A DNA stretch of 64,000 nt from an uncultured virus (IMG/VR IMGVR_UViG_3300010885_066780) (Duplodnaviria > Heunggongvirae > Uroviricota > Caudoviricetes): the IMG/VR virus record IMGVR_UViG_3300010885_066780; one strand, written 5' to 3'. A program made the position numbers and the translations under genes. Below, in pieces: positions 9,797 to 23,400 of the stretch; position 1 is the first letter of the stretch, and each line of letters opens with the position of its first letter. Below the pieces are notes generated by a model that was given only the letters and a program-made list of their open reading frames with translations, was not told the DNA's origin and made no database searches.

Positions 9797-10750
9797 ATGG
9801 CTCGAATATTATATGTGGTACATAGATATGGATTTCCGGGTGGATCAGAAGTCTATACACAAAACATGGCTGAAGAAACTCAATTACGTGGACATGATGT
9901 CAGTGTATTGACTGGTGAAACCAGTGCACCAATGATAAATGGCATACCAGTATTGTTGGACCCTAATGTGGTTATGACACAACAATGGGATTTGATAGTA
10001 GTTCATGGTGGAAATGTTCCCATGCAAAATTTAATACTTTATCACTCAGCTCAAATACCTAATCCTATTCTCTACCTGCAAATATTACCAAGTGACACAG
10101 AAGTATGTCAAATGGGATTAAAAAACTGTCGGTGGATTGGATGTAGTACTGCCGCTGATTGGCAGCATGCTGAAAAATATGGGGCAAGTGATAGATCAGT
10201 CTATGTACCACATGGAATCACAACTAATACTTCTCTAGGTAATCCGGGTTTCAAACAAAAAAATAATATTACTGGCGCCATGTTTTTAAGTTCTGGTGGG
10301 TTTTGGCCACATAAAGCAATGAATGAATTAGCTGATCTTTGGGCCAGGTTGAATATGACTGCTACATTGGTTTTGACAGGATATGATAATCGACATGGAA
10401 TACAGCCAAAAAACACCAACAAAGTCAAAAGCTTTTTTCTATCAGATCGGCAAGATGTTTTGAACGCAATCAGTGAAGCCGACTGCTATCTTATGCACAG
10501 CTATGAGGAGGGTTTTGGTCTAGTGTTGTTGGAATCAATGTGGAATTCCACTCCCTGGATCGCCCGGGATATTGCTGGTGCGAATTTATTAAAAGCTTGG
10601 GGACAGACTTATTCAACTGATGAACAGTTAGCCAATCTATTGCTGAATTTTAATGAACTTGACTGGGATTTACCTGGGGCAAAACATTATGTGGCAAACA
10701 ATCATTCAATTGCTAATACAGTGGCCGCAATATTGAAGTTGGTTCAATAG
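9797..10750 (+). CDS. GT-B (family 4) glycosyltransferase
   Basis: GGSEVY N-terminus, EGFGLVLLESM motif. Confidence 0.85.
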   Translation: MARILYVVHRYGFPGGSEVYTQNMAEETQLRGHDVSVLTGETSAPMINGIPVLLDPNVVMTQQWDLIVVHGGNVPMQNLILYHSAQIPNPILYLQILPSDTEVCQMGLKNCRWIGCSTAADWQHAEKYGASDRSVYVPHGITTNTSLGNPGFKQKNNITGAMFLSSGGFWPHKAMNELADLWARLNMTATLVLTGYDNRHGIQPKNTNKVKSFFLSDRQDVLNAISEADCYLMHSYEEGFGLVLLESMWNSTPWIARDIAGANLLKAWGQTYSTDEQLANLLLNFNELDWDLPGAKHYVANNHSIANTVAAILKLVQ

Positions 10751-11088
10751 CTTAAAGTTTTATTTTGAAATCGCGTTTTTAGATTTGGAATATCTCCAAA
10801 TGTGATAAAAGCAAAATCGATCTCAGATCGAGCAATATCACTGGCAATATCAAACCATTCACCCGACAATCTATACTGTTTCAATTGGTCATGAATTATT
10901 CGTTCCATGGTCACTGTATTAGCTTCGCTAATTTCACGCGTATATTTTAGAACCAGTGGCTTTCCATGAGCAGTTTGTAACTGGGCCAGTCGAGCAGTGG
11001 GATCTTGACTGTATCCAATCTTCACATGCCCTTGATCTGACTCAATTAAATAAATGAAACTAGTTTTCATCAGCCTATTTATTGTCAA
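10744..11088 (-). CDS. GIY-YIG nuclease (T5orf172/MUG113-like)
   Basis: FIYLI..., VKIGYS, RL.QLQT, E..IH, GEWF. Confidence 0.8.
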   Translation of the reverse strand: MTINRLMKTSFIYLIESDQGHVKIGYSQDPTARLAQLQTAHGKPLVLKYTREISEANTVTMERIIHDQLKQYRLSGEWFDIASDIARSEIDFAFITFGDIPNLKTRFQNKTLSY

Positions 11089-11155
11089 AATTCAATTCAA
11101 TTTTGCGAATACTGGCCAGTATTGGTTATTCTTTCAAATATAGAAGGAATATCTA

Positions 11156-11611
11156 ATGAGACAATGTCAAGTAGAAGGTTGTTTAAATACTGGGCAACAT
11201 ACTGGAAAGTATAGAACTGATGGCAGCGTGATATACCGTAATCGTTGTAGACAGCATCACGAAGAATTTACCGCTGCTAAACATGGGTTACCAAGTATAA
11301 AACATGTAATGGCAAAGAATGCTGGATTTGATACTGTTTCTGCATTCGTCAATAGTCAACATCCCTATCGAAAGTATAGAAAAGACTATTGTGAAAATGT
11401 GGTTGGATTTTTAGGCTGGCAATGTACAAGCACAATAATTAATCCGGTTCAACTAGATGTTGATCACATCGATGGTAATCCGGAAAATAATGATCCGGAA
11501 AATTTGCAGACTTTGTGTAAAAATTGCCATTCTGTAAAATCACTGCTCAATAAAGATTATTTGACCCCAGGTAGAAAGCGATTGAAACAAATGACATGTG
11601 AGGCCATCTGA
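11156..11611 (+). CDS. HNH endonuclease
   Basis: LDVDHIDGNPENNDPENLQTLCKNCH. Confidence 0.85.
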   Translation: MRQCQVEGCLNTGQHTGKYRTDGSVIYRNRCRQHHEEFTAAKHGLPSIKHVMAKNAGFDTVSAFVNSQHPYRKYRKDYCENVVGFLGWQCTSTIINPVQLDVDHIDGNPENNDPENLQTLCKNCHSVKSLLNKDYLTPGRKRLKQMTCEAI

Positions 11612-12042
11612 TGGAAAAATGGGACGCTCGATTTTTGGAATTGGCCAAACTAGTCAGTAGTTGGTCAAAAGACCCCAGTACTCAAGTGGGAGCAGTAATT
11701 GTGAGTACTAATAAAAAAGTGTTGGGGTTGGGTTATAATGGATTTGCTGCTGGAGTAATGGATTCTGAAGAACGACTGACCAACAGAGATATCAAGTATC
11801 CGTTAATGATTCATGCGGAAATTAACGCGATTACTAGCGCACACTGTGATTTAACTGGCGCAACATTATATACGCATGGTTTATTCACATGTGCTAGATG
11901 TGCTGCTGTAGTTATTAATGCCGGCATAACGAGAGTGGTGTGTCATCGTACGGTAGCAGAAAATCCTCGTTGGAATGCAGAATTTGAATTGGCTAGTCAA
12001 CAGTATGCTGAAGCTGGTGTTCAAGTTGATTTGATAGGTTGA
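11611..12042 (+). CDS. dCMP deaminase
   Basis: WSKDPSTQVGAVIV, GYNG, HAEINA, C..CA motifs. Confidence 0.9.
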   Translation: MEKWDARFLELAKLVSSWSKDPSTQVGAVIVSTNKKVLGLGYNGFAAGVMDSEERLTNRDIKYPLMIHAEINAITSAHCDLTGATLYTHGLFTCARCAAVVINAGITRVVCHRTVAENPRWNAEFELASQQYAEAGVQVDLIG

Positions 12043-12090
12043 CAAAAATTAGTTTGGTAATTATAAATTTTTATAAAAAATGAGTTTGCT

Positions 12091-12273
12091 ATGAATATCA
12101 AAACTGCTGATTTATCAGAAATAGATTATGCCAATCTAACTGAAGACAAGGCCTTAAAATTATTTGAAAGATTAAAAATTGAAAGTCAACAAAGACTTCA
12201 AGCATCTGAAGAGAGACTTAGGAAATATCAATTGGAACCATCTCAAACACTGAATACTACAAATATTGATTAA
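12091..12273 (+). CDS. small hypothetical protein
   Basis: 60-aa ORF preceded by a TTGACA-N17-TATAAA sigma70-like promoter. Confidence 0.45.
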   Translation: MNIKTADLSEIDYANLTEDKALKLFERLKIESQQRLQASEERLRKYQLEPSQTLNTTNID

Positions 12274-13025
12274 CCAACCACCACAATTCCGATTGGCATA
12301 CTTCCATCAATATACTGTTTGAGTTCTAGCTCCGCTTCTTGTCGTTCTGCTAATGCTTCTGTTTTTAATGCATCTCCTTTAAGAGTAACACCGCCCTGGG
12401 GTCCAATGGTCTGATTGTATTTGGCATAGGCTTCACCCAACATGGTCTTGCACCAGCTTAAAGCATAAGTTCTGATCCAGGGTTTAGCAAAATGGTCTGA
12501 TAAAATTTCCTCTTCACTCCGAGTTTTTTCAACCCACAGCATTACTGTTTCAGTTCCTGTGGGTTTTCTCACAATAGTCAATTTTTTAGTGGCCACGTTG
12601 AATGAAAAGTTGATGTCTCGACCAAACATGCGTCCGGCCAATTTTTGATAATCATAAAATAATTCAAATGTAAGCAACCCAGCAGTATAACCTCCACCAG
12701 ACCCAGCCTGAAGCAAATACATGTTGGTATAGGCCAGCGCGAATGGATCTATTTGAGTAGATCCAGCAGTGTCACCAATACCACGTCTGAAAATGGCTCG
12801 AACAAAAGAAACTTCTGCTGGCAATATATATTCTGATTGTTCATATTGCAAATTCAAAAACATGTAGGCTTCTTCATTGGCATTGCCTGCTCGTTGACGG
12901 TATCGATCAAAAGCAAAATTAATGGCTTTATTATAGTCAATGGGTTCAATTTCAACTTCCACCATATTGCCGCCCAACATGGCTTCCAAGTCACTGATTA
13001 GCTCACTTCTAACTGTTTTTTCCAT
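12270..13025 (-). CDS. neck protein (T4 gp13-like)
   Basis: LGG.MV.VE, W.R.YAL...K..LGEA..KY....GP.GG.TL.GD.L motifs. Confidence 0.8.
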   Translation of the reverse strand: MEKTVRSELISDLEAMLGGNMVEVEIEPIDYNKAINFAFDRYRQRAGNANEEAYMFLNLQYEQSEYILPAEVSFVRAIFRRGIGDTAGSTQIDPFALAYTNMYLLQAGSGGGYTAGLLTFELFYDYQKLAGRMFGRDINFSFNVATKKLTIVRKPTGTETVMLWVEKTRSEEEILSDHFAKPWIRTYALSWCKTMLGEAYAKYNQTIGPQGGVTLKGDALKTEALAERQEAELELKQYIDGSMPIGIVVVG

Positions 13026-13130
13026 AATTGCCTCCTGCAACAATATATTTATCAGTGTCTAAATTGAAAAGGAAGGCGTGACAGCCGGTTGGATAAATAA
13101 AGGAATACGCTATGAAAGATTCCAGACCTC

Positions 13131-16100
13131 ATGACTTCAGAAATTGATCCAAGTAAAATTAATGCCAATTTCCCTGTAAGTGACCAAGACAACTCTACTC
13201 AGGGATTTCGTGATAATTTTTCAGCTATACAGGAAAATTTTGCTGACGCTGCTGAAGAAATTTCCAATCTACAAAACAAAACGGTTTCACTCGTTGGACC
13301 AGTAAAAACAGCGGCACCGACTTCAATTGGCGTGGGCACTAATGCTGTTGTATTAACAACCAGTTTCATAGACAGTAGTGGTAATAATCTACTGACATTC
13401 CCTGGCACAGGCGCTGTTAAAATACCAGTTGGTACCACAGCACAACGTCCAGCAGGTACTTCCGGAAATACTGGTGCTACTAGAATCAATTCGGATACTG
13501 GTAGTTTGGAATTTTATAATGGATCAAGTTGGGTTCCTGCTAGTGCAACAGGTCCCACCGGAGCAGCTTCTTCAGTTACTGGACCAACTGGACCAAATGG
13601 TGGACCCACAGGACCAACTGGACCAAATGGCGGCCCTACTGGAGCAACTGGTGCAGCATCAACTATAACTGGTCCAACCGGGCCCATGGGTCTTCAAGGA
13701 CTTCAGGGTGCTATGGGTATTCAAGGTCTAGCCGGCGCTACTGGAGCAACCGGAGCAACTGGTGCTTTGGGTCTAACAGGCCCAACTGGTTCAACTGGGG
13801 CTGTATCAACCGTGCCTGGACCAACTGGTGCGACTGGTGCGACTGGTGCAGCATCTACCGTAACAGGCCCAACTGGACAAATGGGACCACAGGGCATACA
13901 AGGTCCCACTGGTGCAGATTCACAAGTAACAGGGCCAACCGGTCCACTGGGTGGCCCAACTGGCCCAACTGGATACCGAGGTATTGATGGCGTAACTGGT
14001 CCAACTGGGCCCTATGGAGGTCCAACTGGTCCAACTGGTGCTGCATCCACCATAACTGGGCCTACAGGTATACAAGGACTTGACGGACAAACAGGGCCAA
14101 CCGGAGCTACTGGCGCAGCTTCTTCAGTTACTGGTCCAACTGGTCCACAAGGAACTCGTGGTAATGTGGGCTTTACTGGTCCTACTGGAGTAACTGGTCC
14201 AACTGGTATACAGGGACCAGCAAATCCACAGACTGGACCTACTGGTCCACAGGGTGTTGCAGGAACAAACGGATCTACTGGTCCCACAGGAGCTGATTCA
14301 ACTGCGGTTGGTCCCACAGGCCCAGTTGGTGTTACTGGACCAACAGGAACAACTGGTCCGGCTGGAACAGGACTTGGTTATACTCCGATTCAACAGGGTG
14401 GTGGTATAAATCAGGGAAATGCCAAAATATATATTGGTAATATCGCAAGTTCACTAGGGCTTACTATCGGGTTTTCTGATTATGGCGCCAATTGGCCTAT
14501 CAACGTCACAGGATCTGCCAATGCTGCAAATGCTCTAATTGCAAGCAACGGTTATCAAGTTAATAGCTTGGGTGTTGGGCAATTTGCACCAGCTGCGGCA
14601 GGAAGTATTAATGCTACGGTTGTTTCCAGTAACCTAGTTTCTGTTGCAGGCAATATACAAATTTCTAATTCAACAACAATTAGCGGTATAGTATTTGCTG
14701 ATGGAACATTTATGAAGACTGCTGCTCAAACCAGTTTGGCTTCAGGTCCAGTCAATGCCATACAATACAATGCTGGATCAAATATACTAGCCGGATCAAG
14801 TAATTTCCTTTGGGATTCTGCAAACGTGCGACTGAGTGTAGGTGCACCGGGAACCAATACATTAACAGTCACTGGTAATTCACAGGCTCTATTCAATACC
14901 ACTGCTGGAACAGGCGGAGATCCACAAATATTGGTTGGTGCATCATCTGGTGCGGCCGCAGTATTGGGGTATAACTCTGTTAGATCATATTTGAGACATG
15001 GTGGTTCAGCTAATCAAATTACTTGGAATGCCACTGGGGTGGGAATCGGTAATGTAAGCTCCATATTAAACACATTAGATGTCAATGGACAGGCTGTGAT
15101 TGGAGCAGATTGGGCCGGACTATATGCCGCACCCACCAGTGGACTTTTGGTAGAAGGATCAGTGGGTATTGGAACAACTAACCCAACTACATTATTAGAT
15201 GTTAATGGACTTGCTACATTTAGAAACCAAGTTTTAATTACCACCGGTGGCATTACGGTAGCAGGAGGCCCGGCTCAATTCGCAGGTAACCTGATTTCGG
15301 TAAGTTTATCCAGCAATAGCACAATCAGCGCCGCTGGACTGGCGTCCTTCGCTAGTATACGTTCCAATAGTTTTATAGAAACTTCCACGTTACAAGCATC
15401 TGGCTTATTACGTGCCAACTCAATTATTTCAAATACAACTATACAAGTAAATGGTACTACTGCATCTACCAGTTACACAACTGGTGCTTTAGTAGTTGTT
15501 GGTGGGGTTGGAATACAAGGAGCACTAAACACAGCAGGTAATGCTACCGTTGGTGGCAACATGCTAATTGTTGGTAACTTAACCGTTCAAGGAAATAGTT
15601 CAATAGTTAATTCAACCAGCCTTGTGGTATCCAATCCTGTAATTGACGTGGGTGTTAATGCGCTGGGTGGACCACTGACAGTAAATGACGGACTAGATCG
15701 TGGCATTGTAATGCACGTCTATGATGGACAGGGCGACAATCACGTTTACCTGGGACGAGAAAATGCCACCGAACAGCTAATTTATATTACCAATGTCCAG
15801 CCCAATGTAGGCAATTTGACCGTAAATCCATTCCGGCCAAACTCACCAGGCTATGTTTGGGGATCTGCTAAATTTGGTAGCTTGACACTTGCTAATACAA
15901 CAGTATCAACTTCAACTTCAACTGGAGCACTGGTTGTTGGGGGTGGTGTTGGTATTGGAGGTGCATTGTATGTTGGATCAACCGTTTGGATAAATGGTCC
16001 AATAACATCAACTGGTGCAGCTCAAGTAAACTATTTGAATTCCAATACTGGCATTAGTTCCAATGGTCCAGTCAGCATACAGGGAAATTTTGCAGCATCT

Positions 16101-18485
16101 GCTATAGTTTCTAATTCCACACTACAGACTAACTTACTAACAGTCAATTCTACTGCACAATTTGGTAGTACGATAACTGCTAATTTGGTGATATCTAATA
16201 CTCAAATTATAGCAAACAGTGGTCAATTCAGACAGTTGACTTCAAATTCATTAGTAACTGATCAAAGTCTAGCTACAACTGGCAATCTAGTAGTAGTAGG
16301 CAATACTCAACTACAGGCATTAACCGTCAATACCACAATTAATACTAGCACGGTTTCTGCTACAGGTTCTGTTTCTGCTGCTTCAATATCTGCTGGCGGG
16401 TTGGCCGCATTTGGATCAATTCAATCAAACAGTTTGACACAGACCAATCTATTGACGGTCAATTCTGCTATTCAATCCAATGGTCCAATTACTTCTACTG
16501 GTTTGATGACTGCAAATGCTGTACAATCCAATTTGTCAATTGTAAGTCTGGGAACTATTACGTCAGTTAATGCCGGGCAATTTGGAAGCATAATATCCAA
16601 TAGCAGTGTGCAAACCAGCAGTTTGTTGACTGCCAGTGCACAGGTATCTAACAACTTGGTAGCTAACGTTCTAATTGCTAATCTAGGCATTTCTACTCCA
16701 GTTACATTGTCAGTTGGTGGACTAGCATCATTAGGAAGCATGATATCCAATTCCAGCATACAAACTGGAACCCTACAAGCAAATAATAGTATTCAATCTA
16801 ATGGGCCAATTACTAGTACTGGTACTATTACATCAAACGTTCTAATTGCCAACTTGAATATTTCAACTCCAGGTAACATAAGTGTTGCTGGAACTGGTTC
16901 ATTTGGAAGCGTTGTATCAAATGCTGGTATTAGTGCTGCTAGTATCAATACTGTGGGAACAGTCACAGCTAACCAAGTAACAGCCAATGTGATTTCAGTC
17001 AGTAACTTTACGTATGGCACTTTGTCAGGCAACGTAATTGTAGCTAATGTGGGAATTTCAACTTCAGGTAACTTGAGTGTTTCTGGAACAGGCTCATTTG
17101 GTGCTATACAATCAAACAGTGTTATCAACACAACTAGTTTAGTTGCTTCTGGTACAATCACTTCATTGGGTGCGATCAATTCAAATGCTGCGATTACTGG
17201 ATCAACGCTTCAAGCTAACTTGGGAATTTCTACGCCAGGTGCATTAACCGTCACTGGTCAAATTACTGGCGGTGTGATTAATTCCAATAGTTCTATTGTG
17301 TCAACAACTTCTATTATTGCGGGTACTAGCATTCAAGCAGGAACCAGCATTCTGGGTGGGAATATTTTTGCTACGACAGGAGTATATGGTACTACAATAG
17401 TTGGTAACGCTGCCATCAGTAGTGGCGGCCCAATTTCTGCTACAGGGACCATTACTGGCGCACAACTGGTTTCAAACGCTGGTATCACTGCTGCAACAAC
17501 AATTTACACTCCAGCAACTGTTATTGGTAGTACACAAGGTATATTCGGTAGTGTAATATCTAATTCAACTGTATTGACAAATAGTTTACAAGCAAACAGT
17601 TCAATACAGTCGAATGGTCCAATCGTTGGTACTACTTCGATAACTGCGAATAATTTAATTGCTAATGTGGGAATTTCATCACCTGGCGCGGTTTCTGTTG
17701 CTGGATTAGGATCATTTGGTTCTATTGTATCCAATAGTTCAATACAAACTAACAGTTTGCAAGCCAATTCGTCAATTGTTTCTAATGGTCCAATTACAGG
17801 AAATACTATTATAGCCAATAGTGGTATTGCAACACCTGGATCAATACAAGCGGCTGGAATTGGAGTATTTGGTAGCGTTCAATCTAATACTACAATAACT
17901 GGAAATTTCCTACAAGCCAATACCGGAATTTATACCCCTGGCACATTTAATATTGGCAGCACTGGTACTTTTGGCGCAATAGTTTCTAATACCAGTATAC
18001 AGACTGGAACTCTACAAGCTAATACGGGGATGCAAACTCCTGCAACAGTTACGGCCAACTTAGTAGTAGCTAATGTGGGTATTACAAGTCTGAGCACGGT
18101 GACCGCACAAAGTACGATTACTGGTTCTGGATTGATATCAAATACCAGTATAGTGGGAAATACATTTATCCATACTGGACAAAGTATTGCAACATCCGTC
18201 ATTACACCAGTTACAATAGATAGTTGGCCAACAACAACATATCGAACAGCTAGATATTTGATTCAGGTAAGTGATATAACTTTCTTCACTTACCATAGTC
18301 TACAAATCATGCTTATTCATGATGGTACGACAGTTTATAAAACTGAATTCAATGAAGTTTGGACTGTAAGTAGCTTGGGGTCTTTTGATGCAACAATAAG
18401 TGGGTCTACTTTAAATCTAGTATTCACACCAACCGCAGCAACCAGCAAACTAATTAAATTAATTAGAGAAAGTATCAACGTCTAA
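13131..18485 (+). CDS. large tail fibre protein with collagen-like region
   Basis: FP...[11 protein letters not shown]-terminus, long G-P-T collagen tract, extended S/N/T/G beta-repeats, C-terminal IDSW....YRTARY domain. Confidence 0.85.
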   Translation: MTSEIDPSKINANFPVSDQDNSTQGFRDNFSAIQENFADAAEEISNLQNKTVSLVGPVKTAAPTSIGVGTNAVVLTTSFIDSSGNNLLTFPGTGAVKIPVGTTAQRPAGTSGNTGATRINSDTGSLEFYNGSSWVPASATGPTGAASSVTGPTGPNGGPTGPTGPNGGPTGATGAASTITGPTGPMGLQGLQGAMGIQGLAGATGATGATGALGLTGPTGSTGAVSTVPGPTGATGATGAASTVTGPTGQMGPQGIQGPTGADSQVTGPTGPLGGPTGPTGYRGIDGVTGPTGPYGGPTGPTGAASTITGPTGIQGLDGQTGPTGATGAASSVTGPTGPQGTRGNVGFTGPTGVTGPTGIQGPANPQTGPTGPQGVAGTNGSTGPTGADSTAVGPTGPVGVTGPTGTTGPAGTGLGYTPIQQGGGINQGNAKIYIGNIASSLGLTIGFSDYGANWPINVTGSANAANALIASNGYQVNSLGVGQFAPAAAGSINATVVSSNLVSVAGNIQISNSTTISGIVFADGTFMKTAAQTSLASGPVNAIQYNAGSNILAGSSNFLWDSANVRLSVGAPGTNTLTVTGNSQALFNTTAGTGGDPQILVGASSGAAAVLGYNSVRSYLRHGGSANQITWNATGVGIGNVSSILNTLDVNGQAVIGADWAGLYAAPTSGLLVEGSVGIGTTNPTTLLDVNGLATFRNQVLITTGGITVAGGPAQFAGNLISVSLSSNSTISAAGLASFASIRSNSFIETSTLQASGLLRANSIISNTTIQVNGTTASTSYTTGALVVVGGVGIQGALNTAGNATVGGNMLIVGNLTVQGNSSIVNSTSLVVSNPVIDVGVNALGGPLTVNDGLDRGIVMHVYDGQGDNHVYLGRENATEQLIYITNVQPNVGNLTVNPFRPNSPGYVWGSAKFGSLTLANTTVSTSTSTGALVVGGGVGIGGALYVGSTVWINGPITSTGAAQVNYLNSNTGISSNGPVSIQGNFAASAIVSNSTLQTNLLTVNSTAQFGSTITANLVISNTQIIANSGQFRQLTSNSLVTDQSLATTGNLVVVGNTQLQALTVNTTINTSTVSATGSVSAASISAGGLAAFGSIQSNSLTQTNLLTVNSAIQSNGPITSTGLMTANAVQSNLSIVSLGTITSVNAGQFGSIISNSSVQTSSLLTASAQVSNNLVANVLIANLGISTPVTLSVGGLASLGSMISNSSIQTGTLQANNSIQSNGPITSTGTITSNVLIANLNISTPGNISVAGTGSFGSVVSNAGISAASINTVGTVTANQVTANVISVSNFTYGTLSGNVIVANVGISTSGNLSVSGTGSFGAIQSNSVINTTSLVASGTITSLGAINSNAAITGSTLQANLGISTPGALTVTGQITGGVINSNSSIVSTTSIIAGTSIQAGTSILGGNIFATTGVYGTTIVGNAAISSGGPISATGTITGAQLVSNAGITAATTIYTPATVIGSTQGIFGSVISNSTVLTNSLQANSSIQSNGPIVGTTSITANNLIANVGISSPGAVSVAGLGSFGSIVSNSSIQTNSLQANSSIVSNGPITGNTIIANSGIATPGSIQAAGIGVFGSVQSNTTITGNFLQANTGIYTPGTFNIGSTGTFGAIVSNTSIQTGTLQANTGMQTPATVTANLVVANVGITSLSTVTAQSTITGSGLISNTSIVGNTFIHTGQSIATSVITPVTIDSWPTTTYRTARYLIQVSDITFFTYHSLQIMLIHDGTTVYKTEFNEVWTVSSLGSFDATISGSTLNLVFTPTAATSKLIKLIRESINV

Positions 18486-18516
18486 TGACTATAAATAAAA
18501 GAAAAATTGGTGAAGA

Positions 18517-20451
18517 ATGAGTAATCCAAATAATTTAGGTTTGTTTGCTGCCAATTTGGCAATTAATTCTGGCAATGTGGTGGTACCCATCAATCAGGGT
18601 GGTACCGGAGGCGCCAACGCGGTAGTTGCTCTAAATAACATGAGCTATTTATCTTCGTCATCCAACGCTATTGCTAGATCAGCAACGGCTAAATTTAGTG
18701 ATTGGGTGTCAATATTAGATTTTGGTGGCGATAATACTGGGACAAATGATAATTCTGCTGCATTATCAGCAGCTTTAGCATCGTTTGTTGGTTATAAACT
18801 ATTAATATTTTTCCCACCCGGAAAATACAAATTCAATAGCCAAGTGACTTTGACTATGCCAAATTCAGCATCGGGATCACAAGCAACTGCATTTATGTCA
18901 TCAATTACATTGCTTGGTATGGGAGCAGATGTGACTGAGTTGTATTGGCCTACCGGATCCGGGCTATCCGTCGTGTTTTCTAGTCAACAACATAGCATTC
19001 ATGTAAGAGATTTATCATTTACTACTGGTGCTCAAAATAGTGGCAATGCTATCACATTAACTCAAAATTATCCTTATTTTGGTACTTTTGTTGCACAATC
19101 AGATTTTACTAATGTAACGTTTCGCGGAGCAGATGGTTATGCTTATTCAGGTGGAGCTGGAGGAAAATACTGGACACAGGGCGTAAACATTTCAAATGTA
19201 TCAGACATTATATTTCAAGGGTGTAATTTTTATGGAAATTCCAATGGCAATGTTGGTACTGGAATTTATTTAAGTAGTCCTGGTGCAGGAACCTTTGTCT
19301 CTGCTACTGAAGGACTTTCATCATCATTCACCATAGCATCAGTAATCACAATTGAAAAATGCAATTTTTCATTTATTGCCATTGGTGTTTATTATGGAGC
19401 AAATATCCAAACCGTGACCATTGCAAATTCATTCTTTGGTAACGGACAAAATGCTGTGGTATGTCCCGCAAACTTATATAATAATTCCAATCAAGGGTTT
19501 ATTTTTTCAAACAATACATGTTTTTGTACATTAGATGCTATAACAATACAATCGCCCTTGAATAATATTCAGATCATTGGTAATTTTTTCGCAGTTTCAG
19601 CATCATATCATGGCATTTTTATTAGTCCATCTGTTAATACTACTATAGTAGGAAATCAATTTATTCCATACGGATCTGCCAATACGGCCGCGGCTGGTAT
19701 AGAACTACAAGGGTTTGCTTCCGGATCCATACAATCTATAGATATTACCGCAGTAGGATCTGGTTATACAAATGGAAGTTCTGCTACGGTATCCGGCGGC
19801 GGTGGTTCTGGATTAGCAGTCACCATAGCATCAGTCAATGGATCTGGCGGAATCACTAGTCTATCAATCAGTAACCGCGGAACTGGATATACCAGTGCAC
19901 CAACAATTTCCTTTTCTGGCGGTTCTAGTGCAACTTTCCGAGTTAATTTAGTTAGTACTAATTTAACTCTTATTAATGCCAATACATTTTCAAGTGTCAC
20001 TAACGGCATAATTTTAGATAACAATTCTCAATATGTTACTGTTGGGCCCGGAAACAGTTTTACTCCAACGTTGACAAACGCTGTATTAAATGCCGGCACA
20101 AACAATTTTGTCTATGCTACATCAGGCGTTGGATATGCAACTGGATCGGGAGGTTCAGTCACTCAATCAACAAATAAAACAACTGGAGTAACGATAAATA
20201 CGTATTGCGGACAAATAGTCACAGCGAATTCTACTTTAGGAAATGTAGCAACTAATTCATTCACAGTAACCAATAATAAAATGGCATCTACAGATGTTGT
20301 GATGGTCAATGCCACAAATGGAAACTATACATGTGTTGCCAATAACAATAGCAATGGATCATTCAATATTTCATTAACAAATGTCAGTGGTGGATCATTG
20401 AGTGATGTGGTCTATATCAATTTCGCAATATTTAAAGCAAGTAATTCATAA
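18517..20451 (+). CDS. tail spike / pectate-lyase-like beta-helix protein
   Basis: VSILDFG..., FFPPGKY, parallel beta-helix repeats. Confidence 0.8.
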   Translation: MSNPNNLGLFAANLAINSGNVVVPINQGGTGGANAVVALNNMSYLSSSSNAIARSATAKFSDWVSILDFGGDNTGTNDNSAALSAALASFVGYKLLIFFPPGKYKFNSQVTLTMPNSASGSQATAFMSSITLLGMGADVTELYWPTGSGLSVVFSSQQHSIHVRDLSFTTGAQNSGNAITLTQNYPYFGTFVAQSDFTNVTFRGADGYAYSGGAGGKYWTQGVNISNVSDIIFQGCNFYGNSNGNVGTGIYLSSPGAGTFVSATEGLSSSFTIASVITIEKCNFSFIAIGVYYGANIQTVTIANSFFGNGQNAVVCPANLYNNSNQGFIFSNNTCFCTLDAITIQSPLNNIQIIGNFFAVSASYHGIFISPSVNTTIVGNQFIPYGSANTAAAGIELQGFASGSIQSIDITAVGSGYTNGSSATVSGGGGSGLAVTIASVNGSGGITSLSISNRGTGYTSAPTISFSGGSSATFRVNLVSTNLTLINANTFSSVTNGIILDNNSQYVTVGPGNSFTPTLTNAVLNAGTNNFVYATSGVGYATGSGGSVTQSTNKTTGVTINTYCGQIVTANSTLGNVATNSFTVTNNKMASTDVVMVNATNGNYTCVANNNSNGSFNISLTNVSGGSLSDVVYINFAIFKASNS

Positions 20452-20494
20452 AATTTTAAATAAATAAGACATACATTGATGGAAAGGGAAGTCA

Positions 20495-23400
20495 GTGGCA
20501 AATAACATAGATTTTATAGTTAAGAATGGTCTGCAAGTAAGTTCTAACTTGATAGTTGGACAAAGCTATATTGGAACAACCAATCCAGCGCTAAATGGCG
20601 CTATCATACAAGGCAACGTTGGTATTGGAACAACCAATCCCACTAGCAACTTGCATGTTGTTGGCACTAGCAACTTAGTTGGTAATTTACGCATCACCAA
20701 TTCTGCGGTACAATCCGGAATTCTGTTTCCTGATGGTACATTTCAAGGCACAGCAGCATTTTATACACCGCCTGGTGCCCCAACCAACAGTATCCAATAC
20801 AATAACAGTGGAACATTTGCTGGATCCAGCAATCTAATATGGGACCCAACTAATTCCAGATTGGGTATTAATAAATCTGTTCCTTCATATGCACTGGATG
20901 TGGCTGGAACAATTAGTTCCAATTATTTGATCACTGGTAATATTTTTACGTCAAATACAGCAACCCTACAAAATTTAGTTGCTAATGCTGCGATCCAATC
21001 ACTTGGTTCAGTCACTAGTAATACTTTGGTTGGTAATTTATCTATCACCAGCCTCAGCACAATAAATTCACAGGGTCAAGCCACATTCAATAACGTAGTA
21101 TCCAACACTACCATTGTTGGCGCTAGTTTAACATCCACTGGTCCAATAAATTCAGCTGGTACAGCTAGTTTTGGCGCAATAATTTCCAATTCAAGCTTGC
21201 AAACTAATACACTACAGGCTAATGCCGGCATAGTTGCGACAGGTCCTATTCAATCAACTGCTGCCATTACTGCAAATAATTTCGTAGCTAATACTAACAT
21301 TATAACTCCGGGTACTATTACTGCAAATGGCGTTGCACAATTTCAATCTATTATATCAAATAGTTCTATTGTCGGAACTAATATTACATCAACTGGTACT
21401 ATATTAGCCGCCGGGCAAATCTCAGCGAATTCATTATATTCTAATACGACTATTCAATCACCCAATTCTATTACTGGGAATACGATCGTAGGCAATTTAT
21501 CAATTACCAGCCTAGGTACAATAAATTCACTGGGTATTGCCACTTTCCAGTCAATTGTGTCCAATACGGTAATCCAAGCAACTAACTTTTATGCAATTGG
21601 CACAATCAATTCTGGAGGTGCAACAACAGTGGGGTCACTGGTTTCAAACTCTCTAATACAAACTAATATATTACAAGCCAATGCATTGATACAAACTCCG
21701 GCGACTGTTATTGCTAATGCGCTAATAGCAAACAATACAATAACCAGTTTGGGCACACTTAATATTGCTGGTACTGCGGTAGTCAATAATTTGACTTCGA
21801 ATTCTTCAGTTCAAGCTACCAACATTAACGCATTGATAAACATTACTGCTGGACAAGTTGGACAGTTTGGATCAGTGATTTCAAACTCTACTGTCAGTGC
21901 CACTGGTATTAGTAGTACGGGCACCATAGCTGGTAATACTATTATTGGTAACTTGAATATATCCACCCCTGGAGCATTGTCAGTTGGCTCACTAACTTCA
22001 GTCAATAATTTGGTGGCAAACACTGCTATACAATCACTTGGATCTCTAACTTCCAATACTGTGATAAGTAATTTGTCAATCGCTACACCAGGTACATTAG
22101 TGGTTGGTGGACAAGCAACAGTAAACTCGGTTGTTGCTAATACTGCCATTCAATCGCTTGGTTCTATTACAGCAAATACTATTGTAAGTAATCTATCAAT
22201 TACTGGATTGGGATCACTTAATATTTCTGGCGCCGCCACAGTCAATAGTTTGGTAGCAAATACCACTATATTGGCATCTGGTAACATTACTACACTAACC
22301 AATATTATTGCTAATAATGCCATTACGAATTCAATTACCAACACGGGTAATATTACAGTTAATGGACTATTAAAGTCTGGTGCATTACAAACTGCTGCAA
22401 CCATAATATCTGGCGCCACAACACTTACGAATCTAAATTTTGGGCAATTAATTGAAGTTACTGGTGGTCCATATACCGTAACTTTGACTAATCCAGTATT
22501 GAGTAGTGGAGCTTGGTTTGAATTCTATCTAAATAATTCTTCTGCGGTATCGATCACGCTGTCTACACCAGCTGGTATTTTTGCTGGACCCAGTGGCAAC
22601 TCCGGTTCGTCAATGGTCATCAATTCTGGATTAAGTTCATTTATAACTGTTATGAGTGATGGCACCAATTGGATCGTTTCCAATTCAGTTAATGTGAATT
22701 CGGCAGGTAATGTGGCAATTGGCAATGTGGCAGCAACTAGTCCTTTGACAGTGGCAGGCAATGTGAAAATAGCTAATACTGCCATTCAAGCCGGTATCAT
22801 TTTCCCGGATAATACATATCAATCAACAGCAGCAACACTACCAGTTCGCCAAACAATTTTAGTAGCATCGAACGCCACTAACCAAACTTATAATATTTCT
22901 GGCGGTTATATTCCCAGTCAATTAGACGTTTACGTAAATGGAGTTCGACTAAATTATCTGGATTATACTGCTATTAATGGAGCAAATATCCAAATAGCAG
23001 GATCATATACTGTTGGTTCAATAATTGATGTAGTTGGTAATAAAACTTATAGTGGATATACAGGATATACCCCCCCTACAACTACTGGTTTTGGTAACAT
23101 GGTATTGGCTACCAGTCCAACCGTGTTTACTCCTACCGTGGTAGGCAATATTCAAATCAGTAATCTAACAGCACAAAGTGGAATTATATTCTCAGACGGG
23201 TCTGTTCAATTTTCAGCTGCCAATACCGCACCAGTCAGGCAATCATTCCTAGCAGATGGTTCAAATGTCACCTATACAATTTCAAATGGATATATTCCCA
23301 ATCAATTAGATGTTTTTGTCAATGGTGTGAAATTAGACTATACCGCATACACTGCATTAAATGGTGCCAATATCACATTGTCATCTGTTTATCCCAATGG

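Noticed and set aside
13545..14370. CRISPR-like or DNA tandem repeat array
   Set aside because: The periodicity is collagen G-P-T codons with variable wobble bases; there is no repeat-spacer structure.
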